Shown in pieces: positions 1 through 9,469 of a stretch of DNA of 64,000 nt (position 1 is the first letter of the stretch; each line of letters opens with the position of its first letter). The DNA comes from Hydrolagus colliei (Eukaryota), in the NCBI GenBank assembly GCA_035084275.1, contig CM068747.1:2790001-2854000 (forward strand), given 5' to 3'. The position numbers were made by a program, and so were the translations under genes. The notes below the pieces were generated by a model that was given only the letters and a program-made list of their open reading frames with translations, was not told the DNA's origin and did no database searches.

Positions 1-420
1 CTAAAACAATGTTTCCCTGTGATAGGCACAAATTGTTTTCTTTATATAAATAGAGCACTACAAATTAAGATTCTAAAAAGTAACTCAACTACACCTATTG
101 ATAATAAACAGCAGCTACATTCATTTTGTTAATACAGTATAGTTTCAGAGCAGAGTTTATTTGGAGAGGAGGTTTAAAATCCATTCACAAAGGTGTTAAT
201 CAGGATTTTAATGATCATACTTAATTGTTTACATAAACTAAATCTGCTTTTGCTGATGTAAAACAATTTGCAGTCCGTACAAATAGGAAAACTGTTTTAC
301 TACGTGAGAAGTTACATTAATGTACATTGATGTTTTCGATGAATATTGTGTGTACACACACACCAAAAACATAGTAATGCAAATAATTACTAATACAGTA
401 TTAACAGAAATCAGCAGTAC

Positions 421-551
421 CTTGAGTTAGACGTTCCTTTGTCCTGGGAGGTCCCAGCTCCTTCACATGAATTTTCTTTGTGGGAGCTCTGACCTCCAGT
501 TCCTGAAGGTTTGGAGTCAGCTTGAGTGGTTTCATACACCACCTGAAACCC
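421..551 (-). CDS. UNC80: UNC80 coding exon 7 (131 nt)
   Basis: ttcaaag|GFQVVYETTQADSKPSGTGGQSSHKENSCEGAGTSQDKGTSNS|gtactg; resembles the recalled human GLQVVCET exon and continues the frame. Confidence 0.85.
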
Positions 552-3500
552 CTTTGAATGAATAGAGAGATACTGTATATTAAAAAAAAGCTTAATTTTT
601 GCATCCTATTAAAATCAATGAGATTATGACTTTCTTATTTTCAATGTAAAATATAATCCATAAACCATACACAGCAATGAATTGCAATCAATCTATATTG
701 CCAGCCAATCTACAGGCATGATAACAATGAAATACAGTATACAATAAATTCACATAGAGTGGAGTCTGTTGTACAAGTTGTGTAAACATAAACATATAGA
801 GAATTACAGGGAAAAGAGGATGGAGGAATAATTTATCAGAGTAGACACAACCAAAAATTGTACATTGTGAAATCAAATAACGGATTCCATACCATTCAAT
901 TGAAACACTTACCTGCAAAGTGAAAAATCAGCAAGGGAAATAAAAGAACACTCACCGTTGTTCCAGCTTTAACAGAGTCACAAGGCGCTCCTCGGTTGTT
1001 CGAGGGTGAAGTTCTCTTCGCTAAAAAAAATAAAAAGTCACCAGCAGATAGTCTATGCAAGAGCCAAATCCAATTTGTCTGATTCCAGTTAAGGAAACCA
1101 CAAGTGCCTACAAACATCAGGACTTGCTGGAAAAATGCATGCGAATACTGTATACTATCAAGTACCATGTTGCAACTGTTTCCTCACCTGTAACAAAGTT
1201 TCGGATTGGTTTAACGAGAGCAGAAAATGCCGGAACACCTGGATGCTTATGCTCCCACATTGGCTGCCAAATAACAAGGCCACTGGCCAGGCGAAAGGTG
1301 AGATCAGATTCCTAAGACAAAGCAATATATATTTTAAAAATCAACAAAAACTAATTGGGAGCTCCAAGTTTTAGAGAAACCTGTGCACCTCTTTATGTGG
1401 AAGAAATGTAACACATGAGTTCTATGCGTTTTAAAAAAAAATTCATTCCAGATTAATTACAGGAGATTATTACTCTGAAAACTAATCTTTTTCACAAAAC
1501 TATCCAGAAAATTAGAAGTTAGCCTCAGATACAAGTGATAAGATTGTTTTCTCTCACATATATAGCATTGAGAATAGAAACACAATGTCATTGCTGTAAT
1601 ATCTGAACTGACCCAAGTTCACACAAATCACATTTGATCGTGGTCTCATCTCCACAATCATATTAAAGTTTTCAAGAATAGACCAGTGTCACTTCTGAAG
1701 AATGTTAAACTGCTCATGATGTAAGAGTAGAATATTATGTATTTCATCCGCTGTTAATTGTATTGTCCCCAAGAACAAAATTACATTTATAGAACGCCTT
1801 TCAAGTCGGGAGGACGTCCCAAGGCACTGGAGGTGTAAGAGGAAAATTTAGCAGTTAGAACATTAATATGTTTTTTTTTAAAATATTGTAGCTTTAAGAT
1901 TAGGAACTGGTTTGATTTACCTTAATTCTGCTGACAAGGGGCGCAAACAGGAAGACAAACAGTTCCACAGTGGCCATTGAATTAGCAAATATCTTGGGTC
2001 TGCTGTGTTCTTCCTCCTCTGCCGTGCTGCTATACCTGGGATGCCGTGGAGATGCCTGATTTTCCACCTGATGAACAATGGCACTGCTGCTCCCAGACCA
2101 ACTGGACCCTCCTCCAATAATGCCTGTGGTAGTCTCATTACTGCACTCATAAGGAGCTTCAAGCAGCATCCAGTGCAGCGTATGAAGCAACTTGGTCTCT
2201 GCAACGCCAAGCTTGTCTTGATGACCTGTTATATAAAAATACACAGAGTAATGCTTGATAATATTATCAAAGTATATACTCATCAGCTCATCTTCCTAAC
2301 TTTTTTTCCAATAATCTTTTCTCAGTGCCATCAGCACAGACACAATGGGCCAAATGGCCTTCCACTGCGCTGTATAATAATAATAATAATTATACATAGT
2401 ATAATTCTACGATGTGGAGTCCTGTAGCTCAGTGTTTAGAGCACTCGCCTTACAAGCAAGAGACCTCGGTTCAATTCCAGGCAGGGTGAAATCTTGGGCA
2501 GATTTCTTTACTCCACATGTCTAATAATAATCCCTCAAAAAAAACAATAATAACTTGGTCATTTCAATCCACAACTGTTTGTGGGACACTGCTGTGTGCA
2601 ATTGGCTGCTGCGTTTCGCCCACAAGTATACAGTCAATTCACTTTACAGTATATTTTTGTCAAGTGCTTTGAGACGTCTAGAACAGTGGTTCTCAACTTT
2701 TTTCAGTAATGTGCCCCTGCTAATTTTCAACATTATCATGTACTCCCACCCAAACACATGCATACATACACCACTCCCTCATTCCGCTTGCAATTTAAGA
2801 CCAAGCTTTTCTTATATAACAAAATAACTAGCACATACAAAACAAGGGGAATAACAATTAAATCTATAATTTGGAAGGCTATAAAACGCTAACTAAGAAA
2901 GCTAAATAAATCAATGTATCGTCACCTGTACCCACTGGAAGTAATATTGTACCCCTGGGGGTACATGTACCCCTGGTTGAGAACCACTGGTCTAGAAGAT
3001 GTGAAAAGCACTATATCAAATGAAAGAATGGTCATTATTATTATTATTGCCTTTCCTCACAATTTGCGGTTTATCTTCTGGGAAATGAAATTGAAATTGC
3101 TCACCGAGCCTGTTGCGGTTGGACAGCAGTGTAGCCGTGCAGTGGAGTACATGTGGTAAGGCTGCCTGCACTAGTTCCCAACGTGTAATGCTCTGAATAG
3201 CCTCTGATAGTGCAGGAGACAAGCCATGTAACTTGCTCTCCACCAGCACACGCTCAAAAGACTAGAAAACAAAGAGTTAACAAAGCGTTAATAAAGAGTT
3301 AACAATGTAAATTATACCAATGCTGGCACTATGATGCAGAAGTAATGCATTTTACACAGAAGATACGATGAAATATATGATGAAGTTTTAAATTTTAATA
3401 AAGTATTGAAAAAATTGCCGTAGCTATGAACATATTAAAGCTAGTGGTTTCGGGAATTTTCTGCTGTTTTCTTTTCTTTTTACATTGCTGATAGTTAAGC

Positions 3501-5573
3501 TGTAAGAAGCACATTTCACGGATGTTGACTTGATCATTCTTAAGCAAGTGAAAAAATAGATCACAAGGCTAATCATGCTACTGAAGGTGTTTTGATGCAT
3601 TGCTCCTTGTATTTGTGCAATTCCACAAGTGAAGACCAACCTCTGGTACCTCACCTAGGTGGCTAGTATGGCATCCCAAAGAGCACTGAATCTCACTCAA
3701 GCTTATTCGATATAATTCAACTTTAACTCAATCAGAAATGCTTAGCTACTAACCCAGAGCATCACAGAGCCATTGCTAAAATTAGGTAACATACCACACA
3801 GGAGGCTTCATACTGTTTGCCCAATTTGGGTCTCAAAAATGCACTGCAAGACAGAAATGAAAAGGAACAATTTCACCAGGAAATCGATTGGTTTAGAACA
3901 ATTTACGCATTCATTGTAAACAGTTTCATATGAATTGTAATTTTCCATGTCATAGTACATTTTACTCAATCTATTGCAACCAATACATTTACCAGTACAG
4001 CAGTTTAGAGTTTGATTGGAATTCATTCTAAAGATTTGAATCCTGCTATATATTATTTACTATATATAATATACAATACTGTGTACGTATCAAAATAAAG
4101 GAAATAGATTTTGATTAAACAATTCAGCAAACAATGCTAACTGGGTACTGTGAGTCCTTATAAAATAACAACCAGCTGATTGATGTGAGGTTTGTTTATT
4201 TATACAGTCATTTCATAACATACAAACACATACTTACCAAATATTTACCAAAAAGCATAATGTTTACAAACATACATTAACACAGTATTTTGTAATATTC
4301 ATTAAAAGCTAATTTCCCCCATTTGGTGTCTGTCTCTCACACATTGCAGATAACGCTGATTGAAAAATAGGAATGATTGTCCCCCCTGATGTCCTGGCCG
4401 ATAATCCATCCCAAACAAAACGGGTGATTTGTTTTTGTGGCTGTTTGTGCCATGTTGCTGGGTACGAACTGGCTATCACAGACATGCTCTTTCTTGGGAG
4501 GGTGGATGGGAATGAAATAGACTGCACAACCCATTCTCCCCCATCCTATTCTAACCATACCTGTCCCTGCGGCTGCTTTACCTACAAGCGGGGCACCCAG
4601 CCCGGTAAACAATCACGTAACTAACAATAATAAATCGGTCACTTCAATCCACGACTGTTTGTGAGAGGCTGCTGTGCGCAATTGTTTCGCAAGCAAAATA
4701 TGCAGTCAATTCACGTTACAGTATAATCCATGAAGCGTTTCGAGACACCTAGAAGACATGAAAAGCGCTATGTCGAACGCAAGAATTATTACTACTATTA
4801 TCATCCAATTGTGTTGTTTTTCAATATACAGTACTGTACATATATTTTTCCTCCAACTACCAAGGACTTGGGGCACCAGCATTGGGTTAACAGGTGTGTG
4901 TGTGTGGGGGGGGGGGGGGGGTGGCTGGGCTGTGTGAAACATAAGGATTATTTTTTTTATTAATACTTGAACTGTAACCACAAAGTGTACAGTCCAGGAG
5001 GGACTGAGGAAACAGGGCACTGATAATTAAATACTGGGATTATTTTTTTTTTTTGGGGGGGTTGGGGGGGGGGGGGGGGGGCGGAAAAAGCAAATGTCAT
5101 AACAATCCCAATCCTTGCATTTGATATAATCGCCGTATTATCGCATTATTGAGACATCTCAATCAGTGCTTCACAGAATTCACTGTGTCGTATAAATGGC
5201 GCATTCTGCAAATGTAGATATATATTATACACGTTATATGAATATTAGATATTATACATTCGGTGAATATTGTATAAAATATAATGTGGGATTAAATGCG
5301 GAAGGCGGCTGATGAGCGGGGCGAGGGGGGGGGGGGGGGGGGGGGGAGAGACGCCCTCCTCCTCCTCCTAACGGCTGCCGGGGCCTCGGAGCAGCTCCTC
5401 TCCTCGGGTCCGGGGAGGGAGGTAGGGCGGGGGGGGGGGGGGGAATAGGCTTGGCTCTCCTCGCCTCATCTCGCCGCTCACCTAGTTTGTCTCCACAGGA
5501 AGGTCTGGATGGGGAGCGGGATGCCGCGGCCACTCTCCCGCTCCACCTCCTCCGAGCTCTTGCGCTTCACCAT
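421..5573 (-). CDS. UNC80: UNC80 (NALCN channel complex subunit), 5' part; join of exons 5482-5573, 3795-3843, 3105-3261, 1921-2225, 1188-1311, 956-1020, 421-551; gene continues beyond position 1
   Basis: Spliced translation MVKRKSSEEVERESGRGIPLPIQTFLWRQTSAFLRPKLGKQYEASCVSFERVLVESKLHGLSPALSEAIQSITRWELVQAALPHVLHCTATLLSNRNRLGHQDKLGVAETKLLHTLHWMLLEAP... matches the recalled UNC80 N-terminus. All junctions are GT-AG and phases are consistent. Confidence 0.97.
956..1020 (-). CDS. UNC80: UNC80 coding exon 6 (65 nt)
   Basis: tttttttag|(A)KRTSPSNNRGAPCDSVKAGTT|gtgagt; phase 1 to 0 fits the neighbouring exons. Confidence 0.88.
1188..1311 (-). CDS. UNC80: UNC80 coding exon 5 (124 nt)
   Basis: tcttag|ESDLTFRLASGLVIWQPMWEHKHPGVPAFSALVKPIRNFVT|gtgagg. 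Confidence 0.95.
1921..2225 (-). CDS. UNC80: UNC80 coding exon 4 (305 nt)
   Basis: aacag|(G)HQDKLGVAETKLLHTLHWMLLEAP...FAPLVSRIK|gtaaat. Confidence 0.96.
2416..3048 (+). mobile_element. tRNA-headed SINE (Deu-type body, L2-like 3' tail), interrupted by a hAT MITE
   Basis: A-box TAGCTCAGTG, B-box GGTTCAATTCC, body tgtttgtgggac...caattggctgc, tail ...aagcactatatcaaatg...(TTA)n; many sister copies in the window. Confidence 0.88.
2684..2989. mobile_element. hAT (Charlie-like) MITE, 306 bp
   Basis: Perfect 14-bp TIRs CAGTGGTTCTCAAC / GTTGAGAACCACTG; 8-bp TSD GTCTAGAA at 2676-2683 and 2990-2997. Confidence 0.93.
3105..3261 (-). CDS. UNC80: UNC80 coding exon 3 (157 nt)
   Basis: ttctag|SFERVLVESKLHGLSPALSEAIQ...LLSNRNRL|gtgagc. 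Confidence 0.96.
3795..3843 (-). CDS. UNC80: UNC80 coding exon 2 (49 nt)
   Basis: cttgcag|...(S)AFLRPKLGKQYEASCV|gtatgt. Confidence 0.95.
4622..4803 (+). mobile_element. SINE 3' half (same family)
   Basis: ggtcacttcaatccacgactgtttgtg...gaagcgtttcgagacacctagaagacatgaaaagcgctat. Confidence 0.75.
5482..5573 (-). CDS. UNC80: UNC80 coding exon 1 (92 nt)
   Basis: ATG at 5573 (gtgATGG), MVKRKSSEEVERESGRGIPLPIQTFLWRQT; donor AG|GTGAGC. Confidence 0.95.
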
Positions 5574-5717
5574 CACCTGCCGCCGCCGCCGCCGCCATCT
5601 ACAGCATCCACAGAGTCAGCCATCTCCACCGCTGAACCCCCCCCACACACCTGCGCGACCCTCGCGCTCCTCTCTCTCTCCCACCCACCTCACCTCACCC
5701 CAGGTTGGCGCTCCAAT

Positions 5718-5814
5718 TTGGGCGGGGTTTCGCACAGTTGGGCGGGGTTTCGCACAGTTGGGCGGGTTTTCGCCTCCAATTGGGCGGGTTTTTGCCCAGT
5801 TGGGCGGGTTTCCC
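5718..5814. repeat. Tandem repeat of five 20-22 bp units (TTGGGCGGG[G/T]TTTCGCACAG)
   Basis: Units start at 5718, 5738, 5758, 5780 and 5800; the first two are identical. Confidence 0.9.
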
Positions 5815-5954
5815 TCTTCATCTGGCTCTCTTGCTCTCCTGGTACAGCGCGTGCGCCTGGGACGATGGGGGGTGGGGGGGGAATAACGGCTTTGGGCTTC
5901 GTTCGAATTTTTGAAATTTAAACCCGTTTAACGGTTTTTCTTTCCCCCTGGACT

Positions 5955-6236
5955 GGGTCTCGAAGCGCTTCACAGGATATAGCGTGAAGTGAATGGACTG
6001 TATAATTCTGGGCGACACCCGGCAGCCAACTGCGCACAAGCAATGTCCTCCACAAACGGTCCCGGATTTGAAAATGAGCGATTTTATTATTATTGGGGGG
6101 TTTTTTTTTCCCCCCTTGAACGATTGTTATCAGAGGTGTGGAGTAAAGAAACTTGCCCCCAAGGTTTGTTCCCTGCCGGGAATCGAACCCCTCTCGTTTC
6201 TCGCTTGCGCTCTAACCCGCTGAGCTGCAGGACTCC
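5955..6236 (-). mobile_element. tRNA-headed SINE copy
   Basis: Reverse complement of the family consensus; head ends ...gagctgcaggactcc. Confidence 0.82.
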
Positions 6237-6245
6237 TCGTTTTCA

Positions 6246-6680
6246 GTGCCCTCCACAACCTTGCTATGTGACCTGCTAACCCCCATATCAACCTGTCTGC
6301 TCCCACCGCTCAGCAGGCTCCCATCTGGACCACCCCACCATCAGCACTCACTTCTCTGCCCCTGCCCCCCCCCCCCCCACCCACCGTTTGGTTTGGAACT
6401 CCACCGCCCAATCCCTTCGTCTTGCTCCCTCCCTCACCAACTTCAAACTATGTTTAAGCGCTTTGGGACATCCTCCCAACGTGAAAGGCGCTATATAAGT
6501 GCAATTGTTGTTGTTGTTCTTGTTGAAGACCCTCTCCTCCTCGACCGTGCATTCCTCCGCCCACCTACCCCTACCTTCCCTGACTGTCCAGTGCCTTGGG
6601 ATGACTTCCTGATGTGAAAGGCACTTTGACGGATGCAATGGTTTGTTGTTGAGATTGGCTTGCATTTTGTTGTTGTGATC
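6246..6680 (+). mobile_element. L2 LINE 3' fragments with two stem-loop/(TTG)n tails
   Basis: ctctgcccct...tttggaactcc motif; tails gggacatcctcccaacgtgaaaggcgctatataagtgcaattgttgttg. Confidence 0.6.
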
Positions 6681-6792
6681 GTTGCATCATCACGTTGAGA
6701 TGCCTCGAAGCGCTTCGCAGAATATACTGTGAAGTTCATCGACCATTTTATATGCAAAACACGGCAGCCAATTGAGCATTGCAAGGTCCCCC

Positions 6793-7427
6793 CGCACAGT
6801 CTCATGTTGTATTCCTCAGGGCTCTGTGCTCAGTTGCCTCCTCTTCAACCTCTACACGCTCCCCCTTGGTGGCATCATCTGCAGACATAGGGTAAATTTC
6901 CACATGTATGCAAATGACACACAATTCTACCCCTCTGCCTGCACCCTCATTTCCATGACAACTAGTGTCCTGACAGATTGCCTGTCAGACATTCAATTCC
7001 TGAATGAGAGACAACTTTCTACAGCTTAACGTCTGCAAGACCGAGGCCCTCCTGATTGCCTCGCCAGCTCCTCCGCACCTCAGCCACTGACAACATCAGC
7101 ACCCATGGCTGCCACCCGACCCGCCCTACTATCAGCAGCTGGGCTTGCAGTCTCTCTGCCCCTACAATTTGGAACTCCATCCCACAATACCTCCGCTTTG
7201 CTTCCTCCCTTCCCTCCATTAAGACCGTTCTCAAGACCCTCCTCTTCTCCCGTGCCTTCAGTCGCCGTTCCTCATCCCAACCCGGTCCCTCCCCCACCCA
7301 TACTCGGGTCCTGACCCCTGACGGTTCAGCGCCTTGTAACTGAACAGTCTTCCCAATGTGTAAGGTGCTCATGGGATGTCCTCCTAATGTGAAAGGTGCT
7401 ATACAAGTGTAATTTTGTTTTGTTGTT
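6793..7427 (+). mobile_element. L2-clade LINE remnant (RT domain fragment and 3' end)
   Basis: [19 protein letters not shown]...[10 protein letters not shown] (degenerate YADD), then SAPTIWNSIP...LKTLLF, then the 3' tail. Confidence 0.85.
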
Positions 7428-7544
7428 CTACAAACGTAATTTTATTGTTACAGTATTATTGTTGTTGTATTTTTTTAATTGAAGGTGTGTGCAGCATCAA
7501 TTGTGTTTCTCCTCTTACCTTATAAAATATCCATGATAGGTGGC

Positions 7545-7815
7545 GAGATGTCGTCTTTCAATTGATCGGTTGGCCAGACTTTTCTTGTGCTAAGTGTGTT
7601 ATCCTGGCTAGTCATGATAGTCACGAGTTGATCCCTCAATATCTGACATGGGAAGGTTTGAGCCCTCACTAGGTGGGCCACACATCTCAGCATGAAATTT
7701 GTGAGAGCATTGCCATGGCTTTTCTGTCCTCAGCTTGGGCACACAACTCTTACCATTGAACGATAGTTGAAATTGGAGGTGCAGAGTTTAAGCAGCAACT
7801 TCTTGCATCTCTGCA
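7545..7815 (+). mobile_element. Possible old RTE-clade LINE fragment
   Basis: Translation RWATHLSMKFVRALPWLFCPQLGH weakly resembles the RTE ORF C-terminal RWAGHVVRM...LLYSEL motif. Confidence 0.3.
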
Positions 7816-7824
7816 GGCCAATCA

Positions 7825-8270
7825 ACAACAACAAAATTACACTTGTATAGTGGATTTTATATTGGGAGGACGTCCAAAGATGCTGGACCGTCAATGTTTC
7901 AGACCCAAGCTGGAGGTCGGGATTGGGGAGGGTGCAGGACTGGTGTGGGCGAAAGGAGGGTGATCGAAGAGGGTCTTGAAGGACGCAAGAGAGGTGCGAG
8001 GTGGAGGGACTTCAGGATGGAGATCCAGAGAGTGAGGGCAGAATGGCTGAAGGCCTGCCCACCAATGGTGGGGACGTGAGTGGAGGGAGCAGGCTGGTTA
8101 GTAGCAGTTAAGAAGTCACAGAGATAGGGGGGAGCAAGGTCATGGATGGCTTTGAAAGTGAGGACCAGAGTTTTGAACTGTATCCCCTGTGCGATGGGAA
8201 GGCAGTGGAGACAGGCGAGGATGGGGATGATGTGGTCGCAGTGTCTGGTGTGGGAGAAGACATGGGCTGC
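7825..8270 (-). mobile_element. L2 LINE 3' fragment, antisense
   Basis: Reverse-complement tail at 7825-7885, followed by a purine-rich body homologous to 7100-7330. Confidence 0.7.
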
Positions 8271-8288
8271 AGAGTTGATAATACTACT

Positions 8289-8574
8289 AATAATAATCCT
8301 TGCGTTTGATATAGCTCTTCACATTTTGTAGACATCTCAAAGCGCTTCACAGAATATACTGTAAAGTGAATTAACTGTATATATGTGGGTGAAAACACGG
8401 CAGCCAATTGCGCTCAGCAATGTCCCACAAATTGAAAATGATCTTTTTTTTAAGGGATAATTATCAGATGTCTGCAATAAGGAAACTTGCCCAAGATTTT
8501 GTCCTGGCTGGAATCAAACCCAAGTTTCTCGCTTGTAAGGCAAGCGTTCTTTAACCACTGAGCTACAGCACTCC
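8289..8574 (-). mobile_element. tRNA-headed SINE copy
   Basis: Full reverse-complement copy with tail, body and head. Confidence 0.85.
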
Positions 8575-9469
8575 TTGCTTTCAAGGCCTGGATGATTTGC
8601 AGCCCATGGAGGAAGAAATTGTAGAGGCCGACAAGCAAGGAATCAAGGTGGATTCCAGGCACTGGATATACAAAATATATATGTGTTCATCAACTCAAAC
8701 TCCAGGTAATTAATGCCTTCCAGCAGATGTCATCCCAAGCCTCAGGGATTCCCTCATCAGTTATCTAGTGGGCATCTGCTTTCAGCATGATGGGAGGACC
8801 TTTACAGGACAGCTTATGATGTGTTAGCCACCTTGATGTTCTCGAACTCCTAGTCCAATGCCATATACTAGGTTTACTCAGCACCAGCTGCTTAATCCAG
8901 GTCACACGAGGGGCCTTGTCAAATATACATGCCCACAGTGAAGCTGATTCAGGGTGCTTAATGACTGGTCAGTGTAGGATTTTTCCCCCAATTTTCCCAA
9001 CAAGAATATGTTGAGGAATCACTAGGAATAATTATCGAGTTAATGGAATTAATAGTGGGAAAATTCCCTGATCGCTCCAACCTATAGTCCATGTTAAGAT
9101 ATCAAATTAGCAACACTTAGAAAGTTATGGGTAAATCAGAGGAAAACTGCACAAACAACGAAAGGTAAGTTGTGCTCGACTGATTTAATAGAATTCTTTG
9201 AGGAAATATGAAAGCATAAATAAATGTTGTCTTGAAATATCTAATATGTACCTTTGCTTTGTTACTCAGCAATCCAGATTTTGTGGTGCCCTTTCTGGTC
9301 TGGCTGAGTGGTCTCTAACCTGGACTGAACTTCTTTTAGTTTATTTCTATCTCACAAAGACTGAATGTGAGATTTGAAGGATTGTCATATCACTCAACAG
9401 TAAATTATGTTTGCAGTAAGGCTGCCTGATATCAGTTACTGCCTACAATTACTGCCCTGGAGCTCTGAA

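Larger units (their letters stand above)
5300..5910 (-). promoter_or_regulatory. CpG-island promoter and first-exon region of UNC80, with a GC-box array and an NRF1-like site
   Basis: GC- and CpG-rich stretch in an AT-rich background; five GGGCGG boxes at 5718-5814; GCGCGTGCGC at 5847-5856; surrounds the UNC80 start codon. Confidence 0.8.

Noticed and set aside
2416-2490. tRNA-like sequences here and at about 6170-6236, 8500-8574, 43830-43901, 51637-51710 and 52900-52950
   Set aside because: They are SINE heads: A and B boxes are present, but there is no proper acceptor stem, and they run into the shared SINE body and tail.
4900-5445. Long poly-G tracts as functional G-quadruplexes
   Set aside because: Homopolymer runs are common and length-unreliable in assemblies; nothing else supports a function.
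5718-5814. Regularly spaced repeats as a CRISPR-like array
   Set aside because: There are no unique spacers and no cas genes, and the context is a vertebrate promoter; it is a simple minisatellite.
5252-5921. Pro/Gly-rich ORFs around the UNC80 promoter
   Set aside because: By-products of high GC content and the tandem repeat.
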